Shown here: positions 17,101-26,472 of the stretch, one piece after another
Layout: each line of letters begins with the position of its first letter
Position numbering within the stretch: the stretch's first letter is position 1
DNA from: an uncultured Candidatus Saccharibacteria bacterium
GTDB taxonomy: Bacteria > Patescibacteriota > Minisyncoccia > Phycocordibacterales > SBAW01
NCBI GenBank assembly: GCA_964349675.1
Contig: CAYGHD010000002.1
Coordinates: 4,012-68,011 of the forward strand
Length of the DNA: 64,000 bases
Reading direction: 5' to 3'
Translations under genes and position numbers: made by a program
Notes under the pieces: generated by a model
What the model was told of the DNA's origin: nothing
The model's database searches: none
The model's input: only the letters and a program-made list of their open reading frames with translations

Positions 17101-19935
17101 GCCTACAATGCACAAGGGTTGCTGACGCAAGAGACAGACCCCCGCGGCAATACAACAGCATATACCTATGATGCGCGGCTGTTGTATCCAAGCGTGGTGC
17201 GCAATGCCTTGGGGCAGCAAGAGACATACGCATACAATTATGCATTTGGCACAGTGGTGCAAAAAACCGATGCAAATGGGGCGGTATATCAGACGCAATA
17301 CGACCCGCTCGGGCGGGTGGCAGAGGTGCGGGTGCCCGAGCTGGGCGCCACTGCTGTCAAAACGCGGTATCACTATACAGACACCGTGCCGACAATGGTT
17401 AAAAAAATAGACTACCTTGACTCTGCTGTAAGTACTGCGGCAGTTACCTACTATGACGGCCTTGGACATGCCGTGCAGGAAAGAAAGCAGATGGAGGATG
17501 GGATGTTTGGGGTGATTGACTATCAATACGACACCGCGGGGCTTTTGTTGTCGGACTCACTGCCGTATGCGGCGGGTGGTGCTGAAGCGCGGCTTGGCCA
17601 AGCACCTCTGACACTTAAGCGCACCTACACATACACGCCACTTGGCGATGTTGCGTCGGTGACCAACGCTGTTGGAGTGACCACGTTTGCTCGCGACGAC
17701 TGGAGCACCCGGGTGACTGATGCAAAAGGCAAACAAAAAGTGCTCTACACCGACGCGCATGGCAACCTGGCGCAAGTGGACGAGCAGCTTGGCGGCTCGA
17801 CCTATACAACGCGTTATGCATATCAATTGGGGCTGCTGACCCGCATCAGCGATGCTCTGTCTAATGTGCGCGCCTTTGCCTATGACGGGTTGGGCAACCG
17901 TGTGCGTGCAGAAGACCTGCATGCGCCAAGCGACACACAGTTTGGTGTATGGGTGTATGAGTATGATGCTGCAAGTAACCTTATGCAAAGCAAAAATCAA
18001 GCAGGGCAGGTGGTGCGGTATGCATATGACTCGCTCAACAGAGTAACAAGCGAAGATTTTTTGGGTGCCGGCGGCATAGAGAGTGCATTCACCTACGATG
18101 CATGCGCCTTTGGAGTGGGGCGTTTGTGCACAGCAACCATGCGCCCCGGTGTCGCAACTGCATACACCTACAACCCACAAGGGTTGGTTGCCATCGAGCA
18201 AAAAACAATCGGCGCAGGCGTGTATGCAACAGCATATGCATACAACCGGCAAGGGCAGGTGACCCACATGCTCCACCCAGACAACCTTGAGACGCGCTAC
18301 ACGTACAACACCGCAGGGTTGCTTGAGTCTGTGCTGGGCGGAAAGGTGGGTGGTACGCTGGTTGGCGCATCAAATATTAATTACTCGCCCGCAGGGCAGG
18401 TGAGCGGCATGTGGTACACCAACAACACGGTAACCACCAACACCTATGACCCAAACAAATTGTATTGGCTCAAAACCAGACAGACGGTGGGGCCAAACAA
18501 CACCATGGTGCAAAATCTTTCCTACGTCTACGACCCGGTTGGCAACATCACGCGCATTACCGATGCGGCCGATGCAAACGATGTGAAGATGTCGTTGTTT
18601 GCCTATGACGACCTACATCGGCTGGTCATTGCATCAACTACTGCAGCAACAACTACCCCAACCTACCGCTATGTATACCGCTACAATCCGCTTGGCAACA
18701 TGGTGAGCGACTCCACCACCACCTACACCTACGCGGGCACCGGCTATGCAAACCCGCATGCCCCCACCGACCTACGCACAGGCTCATCAACCACCACCTA
18801 CACCTACGACCCCCTCGGCAACCTCACTCACAGAGGAGACACCACCCACACCTTTGACTACCAAAGCCGCCTTACCCAAACCAACATAGGCACCTCCACC
18901 AAAGTGACCTACCGCTACGACCATCAAGACAACCGCGTCTTGGTACACGACGGCATCCAAACCCTCTACCCAACACACCACTACAGCAAACAAGGAGCCA
19001 CCTCCACCCTCTCACTCTTTGCAGGAGACACACTCATAGCAACCCTAGAGTCCAAAGCCACCCGCACCACGCCTACCTACATCCACACCGACCACCTAGG
19101 CAGCACACAGCACACTACTAACCAACAGGGAGCAGTCACCCAAACACTCCAGTACTATCCGTATGGGGAAGCGCAAGCCCACACAGGCACTGCAACCCAG
19201 AGAGAATACATCGGCCAAGTGCACGATGAGGCAAGTGGATTGCTTTACCTGAATGCGCGGTATTATATGGGCAGGGGACAGTTCTTGTCAGAGGACCCGG
19301 TGTTTTGGGAGGTGGGGCAGAGTCTCGAGGATTCAGATATAATGCATTCTCATCAAACAGGATTGTATGCAGTGCCAGGATATGACAATACCCTCGGCAA
19401 AAAGAGTAAAGCTTCTGTTCAAGAGGAATTCCTGCTTGACCCCCAAATGCAGAATTCGTATGGATATGCACGGAATAATCCTATAAATAGGAAAGATCCA
19501 ACTGGAGAACTTCCAATATTGCCAATACTTGCAGTATATTCTGTTATGCAAAATCTTATAAACTTGTACGAAGCAAAAACAGTGTTTTTGGACTACCCAG
19601 AAGTGTTTACTTCACAAGAAAAATGGCAAACTGGATTTAAGGTTGGATTTGATGCAGCGATCTTTGGTGCAGGTCGGGCAACAAAAGATATTGCCACAAA
19701 AACTTTCTTACAAGTTGGGCCCGTTATTCTTGATGTAACAGATCATTTCTTTGCACCACAGATTTATCAAAATATAGATCAGTCGCAAACAAAAAATCGA
19801 TCGCCTATTCTTACTGGATACAATCAAGCGCAGTTATCAGCAATGTCCTCTTTCGCACAATCATTCGGATTCTCTACCCTTTCTCCAATGCAGGTAAAAG
19901 CTGTGGAGCAAGTACGTGCCGTATTCAGTAAATAA
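14146..19935 (+). CDS. Secreted SpvB/FG-GAP/RHS-repeat polymorphic toxin (Tc-toxin TcB-TcC-like fusion) with variable C-terminal toxin domain
   Basis: Signal peptide, then the SpvB motif (GYGWSLSIP). FG-GAP-like D-x-N-x-D-G repeats follow: DANGDGKADIV, DINSDGLDDW, DMNADGLPDY. Many YD/RHS repeats follow: YTYDPLGN, YAYDSLNRV. The RHS core is RYYMGRGQFLSEDP...NPINRKDPTGE. A ~145-aa C-terminal domain follows, with no recognisable family. Confidence 0.85.
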   Translation: MTLYKNTAYAKGFATISIGILLLTPLLSYAQEAALDTPVQQSPSAPVEEVAAPDAPAASAEPQIAAASTAEVARPTIDAPQLFTHGSLAPKVSETTGALTERVELALPPGRGGMTPDLALVYNSQDRKDSIVGYGWSLSIPYIERLNKTGSERMYVDNYFSASQGGELVAAVEANEYRQRIDDGTLYVFKNNVWTAFDKKGIRYTYGQTQAGRQFAAEDPAKVARWMLQEIRDTNDNRIVYAYAKEGSTLYPASITYTNSGATAGAFAVRFAYEARPDTLVSHATGFAVTLQKRLKAVTVLAEGTVVTKYALTYVPGNNGVRSLLSALQQTGYSDGGQQQRPAIQFTYSATPPTYTPKESSQLYNAAHVAADADGNGLPDFALSYQNPVSLQKWMSVDLNMYSVVANRLYPNMPEHWSISVAAPDNYRPAEEGVRFFDANGDGKADIVRSIRMRDGELRQAYYQNESVGSGLSWIPKPNTGLPIFAYNRMRNSYEDVTYSTGLFGNVNGDGLVDYVFSLPQIVYSGLDGTYLHTSEQAGWEFATSTFSPVATMPITTDDTTASQLVDINSDGLDDWMVSAGPATYFCLNTGTGWEANCENGWKIATTTRQETGWDKGIRFIDMNADGLPDYVRAYHMPQYQYLTNGAKPIDTKIYNYVYLNTGSGWATSTLQMPSFIFLGHPTSVSWGGDVEYDEYVDWNGDGFLDSSHMQSEGMIPDVLTTVTYPTGGSIGVTYAFSTKSGENPDLAFPMLLVTDITVNNGLGRSDKTTYSYAGGKWHIPGDVRERRFAGFAKVTAVDPNKTVVTYFNQGDAVSGDGEQSDHVAQIGRAYREDILSPSGALERKTLTRYQTFDQNGAYKVLPVQEVSQDYNQNDTHRDAAKTYTYDPLTGDLLQEVQWGEVAGLANGSFTDMGADTYTAIMRYAPGTAKAMRVLVSETKTDSAGSKLAEAKHYYDGLPLGSATRGMETKTERWQQGAVYSTTLRAYNAQGLLTQETDPRGNTTAYTYDARLLYPSVVRNALGQQETYAYNYAFGTVVQKTDANGAVYQTQYDPLGRVAEVRVPELGATAVKTRYHYTDTVPTMVKKIDYLDSAVSTAAVTYYDGLGHAVQERKQMEDGMFGVIDYQYDTAGLLLSDSLPYAAGGAEARLGQAPLTLKRTYTYTPLGDVASVTNAVGVTTFARDDWSTRVTDAKGKQKVLYTDAHGNLAQVDEQLGGSTYTTRYAYQLGLLTRISDALSNVRAFAYDGLGNRVRAEDLHAPSDTQFGVWVYEYDAASNLMQSKNQAGQVVRYAYDSLNRVTSEDFLGAGGIESAFTYDACAFGVGRLCTATMRPGVATAYTYNPQGLVAIEQKTIGAGVYATAYAYNRQGQVTHMLHPDNLETRYTYNTAGLLESVLGGKVGGTLVGASNINYSPAGQVSGMWYTNNTVTTNTYDPNKLYWLKTRQTVGPNNTMVQNLSYVYDPVGNITRITDAADANDVKMSLFAYDDLHRLVIASTTAATTTPTYRYVYRYNPLGNMVSDSTTTYTYAGTGYANPHAPTDLRTGSSTTTYTYDPLGNLTHRGDTTHTFDYQSRLTQTNIGTSTKVTYRYDHQDNRVLVHDGIQTLYPTHHYSKQGATSTLSLFAGDTLIATLESKATRTTPTYIHTDHLGSTQHTTNQQGAVTQTLQYYPYGEAQAHTGTATQREYIGQVHDEASGLLYLNARYYMGRGQFLSEDPVFWEVGQSLEDSDIMHSHQTGLYAVPGYDNTLGKKSKASVQEEFLLDPQMQNSYGYARNNPINRKDPTGELPILPILAVYSVMQNLINLYEAKTVFLDYPEVFTSQEKWQTGFKVGFDAAIFGAGRATKDIATKTFLQVGPVILDVTDHFFAPQIYQNIDQSQTKNRSPILTGYNQAQLSAMSSFAQSFGFSTLSPMQVKAVEQVRAVFSK

Positions 19936-19941
19936 TACACT

Positions 19942-20196
19942 ATGTCAATTGAATTGATGCTACAAATAATCACTCTAATATTAGGAAGTTGGTTCTCGTA
20001 TACTGGATTTCGAACACTCTTGTCAAAAAAATATTACGTTGATGAGATTGAAGAAACAAGAGGTGAGTCTGTAGAAGACAAATATAAGTCGTTACCATCT
20101 TGGCGAATAATGTTTACAAGATACAGTTATGGTGGACAATGGTTGGTATTCGGATTGGGATTGCTCACGCTTTTCTTTCTGAGTTTATTTAAATAG
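19942..20196 (+). CDS. Putative immunity protein for the RHS toxin C-terminal domain (small 2-TM membrane protein)
   Basis: Starts 7 bp after the RHS stop. Low GC (~35%), matching the toxin tip. Two hydrophobic helices. Confidence 0.4.
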   Translation: MSIELMLQIITLILGSWFSYTGFRTLLSKKYYVDEIEETRGESVEDKYKSLPSWRIMFTRYSYGGQWLVFGLGLLTLFFLSLFK

Positions 20197-20263
20197 TAAA
20201 TCTAAAACTAGAAGACAACTGAATACAAAAAAGAGATAATAGGGCCAGCCACTATCTCCATAA

Positions 20264-20330
20264 CCAGAATACATTGGCCAAGTACACGATGAGGCAAGTG
20301 GATTGCTTTACCTAAATGCGCGGTATTGAG
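20264..20330 (+). repeat. Orphan duplicate of the RHS core junction (IGQVHDEASGLLYLNARY-stop)
   Basis: About 58 nt nearly identical (3 mismatches) to 19208-19265 inside the RHS gene, followed directly by a stop codon. Confidence 0.65.
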
Positions 20331-20341
20331 AATATAAATAA

Positions 20342-20362
20342 GCCGCCCGGAGGCCGGGCGGC
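20342..20362 (-). terminator. Intrinsic terminator for the minus-strand gene ending at 20375
   Basis: gccgcccgg-agg-ccgggcggc hairpin followed by a T-run on the minus strand. Confidence 0.5.
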
Positions 20363-20374
20363 TTGGAAGGGGTG

Positions 20375-20707
20375 TCAGAGTCCAAGGCTGAAGGAAAGAT
20401 AGTACAGCCCGATGCGGATTCTCCGATAGAGCCGATATGCGTGGAGGCCCAGCCATAGGAGCACGTTGATGATGGGTACGGCGTACATGAGCTCCAGCCA
20501 AAAGGGTACCGGCACTTCAAGCCCGAACGCCCGGTAAAATGCGGCCAGCGGCTGGAGCCAAGCGACGCCAGCCGCAGCCAGCATAAACCCCGCTACGCAG
20601 ATGGCCACAAGGCATGTAAAAACGAATACAAAGGCTTTCCAGAATGCCAACCCTGGGTCGTCGTCGTTTGCTGGGGTCACCCCATGCGTGTATTCCATGG
20701 TTCCCAC
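20375..20707 (-). CDS. Hypothetical membrane protein
   Basis: Two to three hydrophobic helices. Last gene of the minus-strand sigma/RND/DedA string. Confidence 0.35.
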   Translation of the reverse strand: MGTMEYTHGVTPANDDDPGLAFWKAFVFVFTCLVAICVAGFMLAAAGVAWLQPLAAFYRAFGLEVPVPFWLELMYAVPIINVLLWLGLHAYRLYRRIRIGLYYLSFSLGL

Positions 20708-20809
20708 GGCGTTTCTCCCTATCTGTGAGACAACAAGATAAAAGCCAAACGGTCTGTCCGCTTTGAGCGTAGCATAGTCAAATACGGCGCACTAGAGGGC
20801 CTCTGGATG

Positions 20810-21376
20810 TTACCCGTGTAAGAGCGCAAGTAGATGCTGCCCGCCCCATACATACACAGCAACCATAACCGACTCGCCGATAAATATGCCGAGCATAAAT
20901 TTGCTAAAGCGTATATTAAGACTGCCTGCCACGTAGCAGATAATGTCGGTGGGGAGAAAGGGGAATGCACTCCAGCTGATAATAATAGGCAGTTCATGTT
21001 TTTGCAGTATCCGCTGCACCCACTGCACGTATTTTTGATACTTGCGTTCAAACATTTCATCCAGCTGCAGTAGTTCAGAAAAAAAGTACACCGATGCGGA
21101 CGATACCATAATCCCGACCATGGTGAGTATAAACAGCGGCAGCGGCTCAAACAGCAAAAGCCCTGCGGCGATAAAATACGTAACCGGTATCAGAGTAAAG
21201 CCGCGGATACACCCAAGGAGTAAAAAAATAGCATACGCCAGATATAGCGACGTGCCGGCGCTCAAGGTCAAGTACTGCTCTATGGCGCCAGGGTAGTACA
21301 GGTATGCAGAAAAGCTGCCCACCAAAAAGAGCAGCCATGCAATGAGAAAAATTCTTCGGATATGGTGGAGCCGCAT
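20810..21376 (-). CDS. DedA/TVP38 (SNARE-associated) family membrane protein
   Basis: Characteristic F...PFLPTDIICYVAG motif and multi-TM topology. Confidence 0.7.
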   Translation of the reverse strand: MRLHHIRRIFLIAWLLFLVGSFSAYLYYPGAIEQYLTLSAGTSLYLAYAIFLLLGCIRGFTLIPVTYFIAAGLLLFEPLPLFILTMVGIMVSSASVYFFSELLQLDEMFERKYQKYVQWVQRILQKHELPIIISWSAFPFLPTDIICYVAGSLNIRFSKFMLGIFIGESVMVAVYVWGGQHLLALLHG

Positions 21377-21417
21377 CGTCTCACTATACCGTACTCAAGC
21401 GGCTTTTGAGGCTCCTA

Positions 21418-24400
21418 TTATTTTGCAGGCACGCCGCTCCCTGGCCAGCGATAAAAGAGCACCGGCACCATCACGAGCGTGAGTATCATGGCAAAGGTAA
21501 GTCCAAACATAATCGTAAATGCCAACGGCCCCCACAGGCTGGATGCCCCGGCAAGCGGTATCATGCCCACGACGGTGGTGATGGTGGTGAGTACAATAGG
21601 GCGCAAGCGCACGGCAGCTGCTTCAACAATGCCTTCTTTAAGTCCCAGATGCGCTTCGTTTTGGAGTTTGTGTATCACCGAGTCGAGCAGGATGATTGCA
21701 TGGTTAATGATCACGCCGGCAAGCGCGATGACGCCAAGGAGCGACGAGAATGAGAGCGCCATGCCCGACAGTGCCAACCCAGCAAGCACGCCGATGAGAG
21801 ACAAGGGGATGGTGAGCAGCAGGTACATGGTGTAGCGGAAGGAGTTAAAGCTCAACACCAAGATGCCGAGCATCAGCGCCATCCCCGCCAAGAGCGCCAG
21901 CCCCATTTCTGCAAACGACTGATTTACATCTTCGCTCTCTCCGCCGTAGTCGGCAGTGACACCAGAGGGCAGGCCTGCTGCGGCGATCTGTTTTTTAAAC
22001 TCATTAGTAACCTCGAGCGCGTTGGCGCCTGTCGCAAGTTTGCTGGTGACGGTAACGACTCGTTTTTGGTCGGTGTGGGTGATGGCTGCACGCGACTCGT
22101 CTGCCGACGCGGTAATGAGCGAGCCAAGGAGCACAGTACCCGTGGGGGTGCTCAGGGGGATTTGCTTGAGACTGTCTATGGTTGTTTTGTTGGTGTCCTC
22201 TGGATGCACATAGGCTGCGTTAAGGTTCATCTTTACCACTACATCAATGTCATCCTGCGGAGTTTTGATGGTGGTTGCGGTTGACCCTGAAACTGCGATG
22301 CGCAGCGCTTGGGCAACTTGGGCAGCACTGAGCCCCACACTGGCTGCTTTGGCACGGTCGACTTCGATGGTAAATTGCGTGCCGTTGTCGCGCACCGATG
22401 ACTGCACGTCGATGGCACCGGGGATGCCTGCAAGCACAATTTCAGCTTTGTTTGCCGCCTCGGTGAGCGCTGGCAGATCGTCGCCGGTAAATGCAATAGA
22501 CACCGGCGTGCCCGATGATGGGCCGCCCGACGCCTCTTCAACGCGTATCGTTGCGGTAGTGACTGCGGCAAGCTCAGTGCGCAACAGCTGCACTATCTCT
22601 GTTGATGTTTTTGAGCGGTCTTTGGGCAACAGTACGGTAATATTGGCCGTTTTTGTGTTGCTCCCGCCGCCACTTTGATTAAAGCTCGATCCTGCGCCGA
22701 CTGTGGTGACAAAAGATTCGACGTAAGGGTTTGTGTACAAAAATTCCTCAACCTCCCGTGTAGATTTGTCGGTCTGGAGCAATGGGGTGCCCTGCAAGCG
22801 CTCAACTTCAATATACACAAAGTCCTGGTCGTCCTGAGGGAAAAACTCTACTTTCACGAGTCCTGCAACGGGCAAGGCAAGCGACAAGACAAACCCAACG
22901 CCAAGGAGCGACAAAAGCCAATTTTGTTTTTTGCGGTCGCTGAGGAAGGCGCGTAAAAAGTTTTTGTACCAGGTCTGCGCGCGCACTGCATACTCCTCTT
23001 GCAGCACTTCTAGGCGGTTTGGCGCGCTGTGTTTGGTAAACAGCAGCGCCAAGAGCGGCACCATGCCCAATGCCACAAAGATGGACGCAACCAGCACAAA
23101 GATGACCGTAAAGGGGATGCTTGATATAAATTTGCCGACGATACCCGAGAGGAAAAAGAGCGGCGCAAACACCGCAATGGTGGCAACCGTGCCGGCGATA
23201 AGTGGCCATGCATACTCGCGTATCGAGGCGACCGCTGCATCGTAGCCATTGCCCAGGCGCGCAAGCCTTGTGTGGATGGCCTCGGTCACCACGATGCCCG
23301 AATCAACTAAAATTCCGATGGCGAGTATGAGCGAGAAGAGCGAAACAAAGTTTATCGTGTTGCCAGAGACATACAGGCCGATAAATGCGATAACAAATGA
23401 AAGGGGGATAGAGAGCGCTGCCACCACTGCCTCTCGCCAGCCGATGGTTATGAGCAGTACCAACAGCACCAACAGGACAGTCTCGAGCCCTACGCGCGTC
23501 AGTTCGGAGAGGTCTTTTTGCACCAGCTCGCCGCTGTTGTAAGACACTACTACTTGCGCGCCCGCGAGCGTTGTTTGCTTTAACTCTTCAAGCCGTGCCA
23601 CCGCCGCATCTGCTATCTGCGTCACATCGCCCCCGCTTTTTTTGTAAATGTTGAGCGTCAGTGCGTTGCTTGCGGGCTCACCGCCGACTGATGCGCGGGA
23701 TATGGTGCTTGGGGGCGCTAGGCCGTCGATGACCGCTGCGACATCTCGCAGATATACCGGGGCGCCTGCGTTGGTTGCCACCACAATGTCTTGGACGCTT
23801 GCCGGGTCGGTGATCTCGCCGGCAAAAGTAAGGGGGTAGTCAATGTCGGCAACAGTGATGCTCCCGATGGGCATCGATACATTTGCGCTCTGCAGTGCTG
23901 CGACCACTTGGTCCATGCGGACTCCGTAGGTAGTGAGCGCCTCTTTGCGCACCACCACTTGCACCTGGTGTTTGCGCGTACCCGACACAACCACTTTCGA
24001 TACGCCAGAGACTTTGCGGAGCTCTGTTTCGAGGTCGTCCCCTAACTTTGCAAACAGGGCGGGGGAGAGGTCTGCCGAGACTGAGACCATCAGTATCGGT
24101 TGATCAGCAAAATTTACTTGGAGCACCTGCGGCTCGTCAGCCTCGTTTGGGAATGTAAGTTTTGCTCGGTCGACGGCGTCTTTTAAGTCTTGGATGGATT
24201 TGTCGATATCTGCTTTTGCAACAAATTGGACGGTTACCGACGACACTCCTTGCCCCGAAGTGGAAGTGATTTTGTCTACGTTTTCAATATTTGCTGCTTC
24301 GCTCTCTATCTCTTTAGTGAGCAGCTGTTCGATGTCTGTGGCAGAGGCGCCGCGCAAGGTACTGACGACGATGCCAATGGGCACCACCACCTCGGGTGCC

Positions 24401-24510
24401 GACTCTTTGGGGATTGCGAGCAGGGCATAGACTCCGCCAAGCGAAAGGACGCACATAAGCATGTACGTAAAGGCTCGTTTTTTAAGAAAAAATATCCAGA
24501 AGGTCGGCAT
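21418..24510 (-). CDS. RND-superfamily efflux permease (AcrB/HAE-like, 12 TM with two large loops)
   Basis: 1030 aa with typical RND organisation and conserved TM4/TM10 regions. Confidence 0.85.
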   Translation of the reverse strand: MPTFWIFFLKKRAFTYMLMCVLSLGGVYALLAIPKESAPEVVVPIGIVVSTLRGASATDIEQLLTKEIESEAANIENVDKITSTSGQGVSSVTVQFVAKADIDKSIQDLKDAVDRAKLTFPNEADEPQVLQVNFADQPILMVSVSADLSPALFAKLGDDLETELRKVSGVSKVVVSGTRKHQVQVVVRKEALTTYGVRMDQVVAALQSANVSMPIGSITVADIDYPLTFAGEITDPASVQDIVVATNAGAPVYLRDVAAVIDGLAPPSTISRASVGGEPASNALTLNIYKKSGGDVTQIADAAVARLEELKQTTLAGAQVVVSYNSGELVQKDLSELTRVGLETVLLVLLVLLITIGWREAVVAALSIPLSFVIAFIGLYVSGNTINFVSLFSLILAIGILVDSGIVVTEAIHTRLARLGNGYDAAVASIREYAWPLIAGTVATIAVFAPLFFLSGIVGKFISSIPFTVIFVLVASIFVALGMVPLLALLFTKHSAPNRLEVLQEEYAVRAQTWYKNFLRAFLSDRKKQNWLLSLLGVGFVLSLALPVAGLVKVEFFPQDDQDFVYIEVERLQGTPLLQTDKSTREVEEFLYTNPYVESFVTTVGAGSSFNQSGGGSNTKTANITVLLPKDRSKTSTEIVQLLRTELAAVTTATIRVEEASGGPSSGTPVSIAFTGDDLPALTEAANKAEIVLAGIPGAIDVQSSVRDNGTQFTIEVDRAKAASVGLSAAQVAQALRIAVSGSTATTIKTPQDDIDVVVKMNLNAAYVHPEDTNKTTIDSLKQIPLSTPTGTVLLGSLITASADESRAAITHTDQKRVVTVTSKLATGANALEVTNEFKKQIAAAGLPSGVTADYGGESEDVNQSFAEMGLALLAGMALMLGILVLSFNSFRYTMYLLLTIPLSLIGVLAGLALSGMALSFSSLLGVIALAGVIINHAIILLDSVIHKLQNEAHLGLKEGIVEAAAVRLRPIVLTTITTVVGMIPLAGASSLWGPLAFTIMFGLTFAMILTLVMVPVLFYRWPGSGVPAK

Positions 24511-24515
24511 ACTGT

Positions 24516-26117
24516 TTATTTGACGCCAACGGTCATCCCTTCTTTAAGGCCGCGCGCGTCGGTTACGATGCGGAGTTCTGGGGAAATGCCGCCCAACACC
24601 ACCATCTGCTCTCCCATGAGTGCGCCTTCAATAATCGGATGTGCAACGAGTATGTTTTGCTCGTTGACGGTAAAAACAAACGAGCCGTTTGGTGTAATTT
24701 TAATTGCCGACAGTGGCAGCCGGATGACCGCGGTCGTTGCTTCTGCTGTTTTGGCGCGGGCAACCTCTACCCGTACCGACTTGCCGTTGACCAAGGCACT
24801 GGTGCCGATGATGCCGATGCGTACTTCTATCTTTCGTGTTGTTGGGTCAAGTGCTGGGGCGATTTTGGTGACCACCCCATCAACTGCGTCGTCAATGCGC
24901 GCTGTTGCCCCAACCGCAATCGCTGTTGCGTCGGTATCGCTGACATAGGCTACCACCTCAAGCGCGTTATTGTTTGAGACTACTGCGATGGGCGAAAAAG
25001 CAGAGACAAAGTCTCCTGTCTTCACCGGGAGCGAGTTGACTGTGCCTGAAATCGGGCTACGCACGATTGTCTGTTCAAGCCGAGCTTGCGCTGCTTGGAG
25101 GTTGCCAAGCGCCGATTTGACGCTTGCATCCGCGCTTGCCAGCGCCCCGGTTGCAGCACCGCCACCGCCTGCCGAGGTGTTTGCGGTTGTTGCGGCGTTG
25201 AGGCTGTTGCGCGCCAAGGTGATGGACGAGAGCGCGGCGCTCACGGTGGTTCGGCCTGCGTTGATGTTGTTGCGGATGGCGTCAATGGTTGCTTGCGATG
25301 CAGCAGAGTTTGACACTGCTTGCGAGAGCGCAGTTGCAATGTTGTCGAGCAAACTTTTGACTGCGCGGGTGTCGCGCTCAAGCATGTCGAGCTCTTTGGA
25401 TAATGCCGAGTCTACCGTGAGCGTTTTGTTGCGTGCCGCAAGCGCTTTGAGTGTTTGCTCAACTTGCGCGCGCTCTTGCTCGATTGTTTGGATCAGATTT
25501 TGGTTAGGGACGGTGATATTAAATTTTGCCTGGCTGGTTTGCGCATTGATAAATACCGCATCCGCTTTAAGGTGCACTGCATCGTCAAGCGAACTGTAGA
25601 CGGATGAAAAAGTGTTGAGTGCAGCAACCTTCGCTTCACCAAGCGACATTGTGGTGCCGCCTTGTGCAATGCGCGCAATGTCCCTACTTGCTTTTGCGGC
25701 CTCGTACGCACCTTCGGCTTGGAGGAGTTGCGCACGCTCTGTCGCGTTTTCAAACGTTGCAAGGGTTTTGCCTGCAGCGACCGTGTCGCCCAATTTTGTG
25801 TATACGGTTATTTGTCCCGAGGACTCTGCGCGCACCGACGCTTCAGAGCGGGAGGTAACGGTGCCGGTCAGCGGCAGCGGGGTTGCGTTGGATGAGAGCG
25901 CCCCGACACTTTCCAGCGTAACGGTGCGCTGATTTTTTTCTGCCACACTGTCTGCTGGGGTGGTGTGGAATATGAGATTGCCCAAAGCACCCACGACAAT
26001 TACGAGCACGGCAATCACAGCTGCCTTGCGCCAACGGGAGAGCTCCATAAACCATGCATATGTTTGGCGTGCTGCGTCGGCGAGGTCGCTTTTAATTTTG
26101 ATGAGGTGTTGGTTCAT
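24516..26117 (-). CDS. Membrane-fusion (HlyD/AcrA-family) periplasmic adaptor with very long coiled-coil hairpin
   Basis: N-terminal TM. Biotinyl/lipoyl-like half-motifs: VTSRSEASVRAESSGQI and VRSPISGTV. About 200 aa of Ala/Gln-rich coiled coil. Stop is 5 bp before the RND start. Confidence 0.75.
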   Translation of the reverse strand: MNQHLIKIKSDLADAARQTYAWFMELSRWRKAAVIAVLVIVVGALGNLIFHTTPADSVAEKNQRTVTLESVGALSSNATPLPLTGTVTSRSEASVRAESSGQITVYTKLGDTVAAGKTLATFENATERAQLLQAEGAYEAAKASRDIARIAQGGTTMSLGEAKVAALNTFSSVYSSLDDAVHLKADAVFINAQTSQAKFNITVPNQNLIQTIEQERAQVEQTLKALAARNKTLTVDSALSKELDMLERDTRAVKSLLDNIATALSQAVSNSAASQATIDAIRNNINAGRTTVSAALSSITLARNSLNAATTANTSAGGGGAATGALASADASVKSALGNLQAAQARLEQTIVRSPISGTVNSLPVKTGDFVSAFSPIAVVSNNNALEVVAYVSDTDATAIAVGATARIDDAVDGVVTKIAPALDPTTRKIEVRIGIIGTSALVNGKSVRVEVARAKTAEATTAVIRLPLSAIKITPNGSFVFTVNEQNILVAHPIIEGALMGEQMVVLGGISPELRIVTDARGLKEGMTVGVK

Positions 26118-26229
26118 AGAATATAGATACTATAACACCATTATATAGCACGTGTAATAAAAAATGTCAATATCTTTCGACGCAGACACACAAGTCCGCC
26201 GCAACCTGGGGAGAGGTTGCGGCGGGTAA

Positions 26230-26424
26230 CTACTCGGTGTCTCGGTCGGTGGGGCTGGACAGCCAGGGGTCAAAATTTGGGAGGCGGTCGGCCTCCTCGA
26301 TCTTTTTGTAGGCCGGGCCTCCGGCCCGAGCGACATAGCGGCAGTTTGCCGGGTCGCCGCAGCATCCGGTGCTGCAGCTGTCGGTCTCGGCCCCAAGGGG
26401 GCAGCCGTGTGCTCCAAGCGACAT
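26230..26424 (-). CDS. Small cysteine-rich protein (64 aa), unknown function
   Basis: GGAGG Shine-Dalgarno 8 nt upstream of the ATG. MSLGAHGCPLGAETDSCSTGCCGDPANCRY, then an acidic tail. No TM helix. Confidence 0.4.
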   Translation of the reverse strand: MSLGAHGCPLGAETDSCSTGCCGDPANCRYVARAGGPAYKKIEEADRLPNFDPWLSSPTDRDTE

Positions 26425-26472
26425 TTTGATTTCCTCCAGGTACAAGGTTTACGCTTTTATAGCATGCTCGTT

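Noticed and set aside
14169-19551. Many short minus-strand ORFs inside the RHS gene
   Set aside because: They lie entirely within a continuous 1930-aa repeat protein with strong domain signatures. Cys/His/Arg-rich junk composition.
19136-20501. Minus-strand ORFs 19136..19471 and 20208..20501 sharing NTAH.GKAIHLPHR.LG.CIL
   Set aside because: They are antisense translations of the duplicated RHS core junction (19208-19265 and 20264-20330), not real paralogs.
21479-26055. Numerous 60-250 aa ORFs on the plus strand across the RND/MFP region (for example 24190..24948, 24970..25599, 22247..22678)
   Set aside because: These are shadow ORFs opposite long high-GC genes. They have no motifs and no start-site signals, and they fully overlap well-supported minus-strand CDS.
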